Positions 60,363 through 64,000 of a stretch of DNA of 64,000 nucleotides are shown here, piece by piece. The DNA lies in IMG/VR virus record IMGVR_UViG_3300029774_000001; one strand, written 5' to 3'. The notes under the pieces were generated by a model, which saw only the letters and a list, made by a program, of their open reading frames with translations, was not told where the DNA came from and made no database searches. The translations under genes were made by a program, and so were the position numbers. Positions within the stretch are counted from its first letter, which is position 1. Every line of letters starts with the position of its first letter. This DNA is from a virus.

Positions 60363-61397
60363 ATGGAAAAGGATATACTGAAAAGCATTTTGTGTGACAA
60401 GCTGGAAAAGGCAGTATCGCACAAGTATGTACGGAAAGAACTGGACGGAAAAGGCGGTTTCAGATACATATATACCGAAAAGGAAAGAGAATCGACAAAC
60501 CAGGTCATTAACAGAAGCGGTGACAGGTCCATAGAGAAGACAGGAACGAACCCGGCAGCAGTTACCAAGGGACTGAAAGCATGGTTGAACAAGAATAACA
60601 TAGATTACGATTACAACAAGGCGAAAACAACCGCGAGCAGTTATTTTAAGTTTGAGACAGGAAAAGGAAGCTATGAGATACGTGTTTCCAACCACACCAA
60701 GGCGAATGCAGACGAGAAAGGCGGTATAGATATTCAACCCTATGGTTCAAACGACGGGTTTAGTGTTGATATAGATACGGCATACGGGTTCACTTCCAAA
60801 GATATTCAGAATATCATTAAAGACGCTGAAAGGATAAATGGGGAAGTCCACAAGAATGAGAAGTTAAAGAAGATGCTGGAGGATGAAACCCTATTGGAGA
60901 GATATTATAATGAAAGGTATATACCTTCCAAGCATACAAAGTTTATTGAAGATGTTGTTAACAGTATTGGAATAGAAGAATCGGAGTTTGGGATATTGGG
61001 AGATATTGTAAATAATATGTTCGACCAAAGTTTACACAAAAGCGGTGTATATAAAAAGATGGTTGAGGAAAGAGAGAAGAAGATACAAGAACAAAAGGAG
61101 AAAGAGGCGAAAGAAAAAGAAAGCAAGAAGGAGAGAAGGGACAGGGTGATGGAAGAATTGAACAACCATATATTCAAGCAGGAAAATTCAACCACACCAC
61201 CAGAAGAGTTCGAGAAGATTGTACAAGAAAGAAGTAACGGAAGGGCAAAGGGCTTTACGGTAATTGGAGAACTGGGAGAAGGAGACAGAAAGAAGTATTT
61301 CTATGAATGGGCGTACCCGGTACCGGAAGGTAAAAAGAATTACACTAAGCCTTCTGATAAGTTCGTAGATAACTACCTAAAAAGTAAGGATGAATAA
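60363..61397 (+). CDS. hypothetical protein with polyvalent-protein-type motifs
   Basis: N-terminal 'HKYVRKELDGKGGFRYIYTEKE' (the K-Y-x-R-x-x-x-G-x-x-x-Y-x-Y pattern) and 'SYEIRVSNHTKA'. The middle is Lys/Glu-rich. Confidence 0.5.
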   Translation: MEKDILKSILCDKLEKAVSHKYVRKELDGKGGFRYIYTEKERESTNQVINRSGDRSIEKTGTNPAAVTKGLKAWLNKNNIDYDYNKAKTTASSYFKFETGKGSYEIRVSNHTKANADEKGGIDIQPYGSNDGFSVDIDTAYGFTSKDIQNIIKDAERINGEVHKNEKLKKMLEDETLLERYYNERYIPSKHTKFIEDVVNSIGIEESEFGILGDIVNNMFDQSLHKSGVYKKMVEEREKKIQEQKEKEAKEKESKKERRDRVMEELNNHIFKQENSTTPPEEFEKIVQERSNGRAKGFTVIGELGEGDRKKYFYEWAYPVPEGKKNYTKPSDKFVDNYLKSKDE

Positions 61398-61410
61398 TTT
61401 TTGCATAAAG

Positions 61411-61442
61411 TTTGGCTATTTGCATAATAATTCATATTTTTG
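61411..61442 (+). promoter_or_regulatory. Bacteroidota-type promoter (-33 TTTG / -7 TAttTTTG)
   Basis: TTTG at 61411..61414 and TAttTTTG at 61435..61442, 20-nt spacing, upstream of the protease-scaffold-capsid genes. Confidence 0.5.
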
Positions 61443-61547
61443 AATCGGTAAATACGTAAATAAATTTTATTCGGCATAAAATGCTGATTATAAGATATTT
61501 ACATAAAAGCGTTTATTTTAATTCGTTGTGTCACAGATTATTAAAAG

Positions 61548-62324
61548 ATGTTTGAAGTAGATTCAAAATTTAATTTTTTCACAGAAGCAAACTTTGAAAA
61601 ATCAGATTTCAATCCTATGGATTACCCGGTAGGGGATGATAGAAGATACGAAAAAATGATTTTTGAAGGTTTGGCATCCGATTCTTCCATAGATTCGGAG
61701 GATGAATCTATGAATCCCAACGGATTTGTAATAGACCGCTTTTTAAAACACGGTCTTATTAATTTGGACCATTTGCCGTCAAGAAGTCCTATCAATAAAT
61801 CAAGGTTCTGGATAGGACATCCATTAGACGCATATGTAAAGAATAACAAGTTCTACGTGCGTTGCCAGTTATGGAAGAAATCACCGGAAGCAAGAGCGTT
61901 TTATGACAAGGCACTGGAAATGCTTGCAAGCGGTACAGACCGGAAGCCGGGTTTCTCCGTTGAAGGAAGAGCACTTGAAAGAGACAAAAACAATCCTAAA
62001 AAGGTGACAAAAGCGCTCATAACAAACGTAGCAATGACAATGACGCCCGTAAATGCAAATTCGTTTGCCGATATAGTAAAGGGCGTGCAGACAGTAGATT
62101 TCGTAGAGGACAATAAAGAAGAAATTAACAACGGTTCTAATAACGTTCTTGTAGAGCTACAGAAGGACGGATATAATATAAAAATAGACAAATCTTTCAA
62201 CGTTACCATTAACCCTATCATAGTGGAAAGAGACGAAAGATTTCAAGAGCTTTATAATTATTATCTGAACGGTAATGTAGGATTGAACGTTATAAAGGAC
62301 TATTTGAGAACCGTTAATAAATAA
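61548..62324 (+). CDS. prohead protease (T4 gp21-like, tentative)
   Basis: 'HGLINLDHLP' versus T4 gp21 'LGELNHPP', and 'PGFSVEGRAL' versus 'PGVSSRGLG'. It is located immediately before the scaffold and capsid genes. Confidence 0.55.
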   Translation: MFEVDSKFNFFTEANFEKSDFNPMDYPVGDDRRYEKMIFEGLASDSSIDSEDESMNPNGFVIDRFLKHGLINLDHLPSRSPINKSRFWIGHPLDAYVKNNKFYVRCQLWKKSPEARAFYDKALEMLASGTDRKPGFSVEGRALERDKNNPKKVTKALITNVAMTMTPVNANSFADIVKGVQTVDFVEDNKEEINNGSNNVLVELQKDGYNIKIDKSFNVTINPIIVERDERFQELYNYYLNGNVGLNVIKDYLRTVNK

Positions 62325-62353
62325 GTTTGTACACAATTAAAAGTTTAATAAAG

Positions 62354-63028
62354 ATGGACGAAAAATATTTGAACGACCCTATCGTATCTCTGATGAAGTC
62401 TATGGGATTTTCTGACGAGTACATTATGGCGAACGTGAAAATCGAAAAGTCTGAAAACGGAGCAGCAGCAGGAGACCATGAATCCGAAACCAAAGAGGAA
62501 AAGGATATCAACAAGCTGGAAAAGGAAGCCGTGAAGGACGAAGAAAAGGTGAAGGAAGACGAAAAGAATACTGCTAAGGATAAGAATGCAGAAGACGAAA
62601 AAGTGGAGAAATCCGACAAGGAAGACATCATGAAATCTTTGGGTTCTGTATTCGCACCTCTGATGGAGAATTTTCAAAAGTCTATTGACAAGTTCCAGGA
62701 AACAGTGGACGGTATCAACGACAAGTTGGACAAAATGTCTGGCGTTACCCCTATGTTCCGTTCAGAAGGACTTAACAATATGACAGCTATTCAGAAATCT
62801 TTCGAGGAAAGAAAGGACGAAGCAGGTAAATACGAAGTTAACGTAGTGAAAGACAGACCTATGGCAGTAAAGCTTATTGAAAAGTCTTTGGAAGAGGCAC
62901 CGGAAGCTATCGCTAAGTCACTGGAAAGTGATGCGCTTGCATATCTTATCAATCCGGACGCTGAAACAGTAGGTGAAAACTTGGCGCGTTACATGTACGA
63001 AAAGAACGGTGTAAAATTCGTGAAATAA
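62354..63028 (+). CDS. scaffolding protein
   Basis: Track ORF 62327..63028 (TTG start) with ATG 62354 preferred. A highly charged Glu/Lys-rich, helical-looking protein between the protease and capsid genes. Confidence 0.6.
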   Translation: MDEKYLNDPIVSLMKSMGFSDEYIMANVKIEKSENGAAAGDHESETKEEKDINKLEKEAVKDEEKVKEDEKNTAKDKNAEDEKVEKSDKEDIMKSLGSVFAPLMENFQKSIDKFQETVDGINDKLDKMSGVTPMFRSEGLNNMTAIQKSFEERKDEAGKYEVNVVKDRPMAVKLIEKSLEEAPEAIAKSLESDALAYLINPDAETVGENLARYMYEKNGVKFVK

Positions 63029-63049
63029 ACTCTATTAAAATAAAAGAAT

Positions 63050-64000
63050 ATGGATTTGTATAATTATAGCAATCAAAACGGTACGGGTGATGTACTGGGC
63101 GGCATGGATTCGGCAGAAATCTTGAAAGCGATGGAAGCAGGTCTTAAGACCGGAATGCAGTATAACAACGAAATCAACAACGGTGGTGGTCTGAAAGTTG
63201 AATCTCTGGATTCAGTATTGAAGATTTTGGGCAACCGTATGAACCAGTTGGTTTACTATATGGAAATGCCTAAACATAAGATTGACAATACTGTACACCA
63301 ATACAACCAGTTGTACAAGTATGGTGAGGAAGTCGGTATTTTTAACGCAGAAGGTGAGACACCGCAGGAAACCGATTCTCAATACAGACGTAAATCAATC
63401 GTGACTAAGTTCATGGGTGTTTCCGGACAGGTTACACATCCGGGAATGTTGGCTAAATTGGCTGGTAACATGGATATGTATCAGAAGGAAGTGGAAAATA
63501 AGACTATCCTTTTGAGTACAATTATCGATACACGTCTGGTTGACGCTGATTCTTCTTGTGTGGAAGAACAGTTTGATGGTGTGTTCCGTCAACACATGTT
63601 GGGTATCAATGAAATGGACGGTGGCACGGCAGAAGGTAAGACTTCTGAACAACTGTTGGATGGTTATTTCAACAGTCCGGCAGTTATCGACGCACAAGGT
63701 TCTGTATTGAACGACAGTCTGATTCAAGACGCTGCAAACGTTGTAGTGAACGTTTATAACGGTTATATCGACCGCATCATTTCTAACCCGATTGTGTTCA
63801 ACAACTACGTTAAGATGTTCCACGAAAGCAAGCGAGTTATTGTAGGTCTTGCTGCCTCTGTAACTGGTGCAACAATGGGACAGTCTGTAAACGACGTTAC
63901 AACTCAGTTCGGTAAGATTAACATCAAGAATGACCGTTTCTTCGACGAACGCAAGCCTATTATGGTAGGCAAGGGCGCCACAAGTGCTAAAGCTCCGGTT
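63050..64000 (+). CDS. major capsid protein, N-terminal 317 codons (3' end outside window)
   Basis: ATG 63050, with the frame open to the window end, so it is absent from the ORF track. Hand translation gives MDLYNYSNQNGTGDVLGG...GGGLKVESLDSVLK.... Its position after the scaffold gene is typical. Confidence 0.6.
   Translation, partial: MDLYNYSNQNGTGDVLGGMDSAEILKAMEAGLKTGMQYNNEINNGGGLKVESLDSVLKILGNRMNQLVYYMEMPKHKIDNTVHQYNQLYKYGEEVGIFNAEGETPQETDSQYRRKSIVTKFMGVSGQVTHPGMLAKLAGNMDMYQKEVENKTILLSTIIDTRLVDADSSCVEEQFDGVFRQHMLGINEMDGGTAEGKTSEQLLDGYFNSPAVIDAQGSVLNDSLIQDAANVVVNVYNGYIDRIISNPIVFNNYVKMFHESKRVIVGLAASVTGATMGQSVNDVTTQFGKINIKNDRFFDERKPIMVGKGATSAKAPV

Noticed and set aside
1-64000. Stop-codon reassignment (TAG or TGA recoding), as seen in some gut Bacteroidota phages
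   Set aside because: Long uninterrupted ORFs with recognisable motifs are obtained under the standard code throughout, including the structural genes. I saw no gene that needs read-through of an in-frame stop.

Overview
This window looks like part of a tailed dsDNA phage genome infecting a Bacteroidota host. All calls come from reading the sequence and ORF track by eye. No searches were run, so family names are motif-level inferences. Almost all genes are on the + strand, tightly packed, often with ATGA-type overlaps. Transcription signals match the Bacteroidota -33 TTTG / -7 TAnnTTTG pattern, with A-rich leaders and no Shine-Dalgarno. Layout: (1) 1-2001, the end of a virion or tail module. 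(2) 2.1-8.3 kb, a swarm of small ORFs including a HAD/PNK-like phosphatase and a small DPPH methyltransferase. (3) 8.4-32.4 kb, a replication and recombination module with DnaB-like helicase, primase, MazG, a P-loop kinase, DnaE split into two ORFs, a gp32-like SSB, SbcD-RecA-SbcC, RuvC, NAD-dependent ligase, SNF2 helicase, RNase HI, a minimal nucleotidyltransferase and a UvrD-like helicase. (4) 32.3-45 kb, more small ORFs, an M15-type endolysin and an AP2-like DNA binder. (5) 45.1-47.8 kb, a divergent regulatory or origin-like locus holding the only minus-strand gene. (6) 47.9-64 kb, holin and head module: an Ig-like repeat protein, an intein-containing portal, a zeta-like kinase, a MuF-like protein, a Nudix-containing protein, prohead protease, scaffold, and the start of the major capsid protein. 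The most notable observations are: an eight-copy promoter/palindromic-operator/leader cassette family; a LAGLIDADG intein in the portal gene; a DnaE split at a non-canonical site with Hint-like junction peptides; a run of polyvalent-protein-type effector modules in the head module; and an iteron- and inverted-repeat-rich divergent locus. No tRNA, rRNA or CRISPR array was found.
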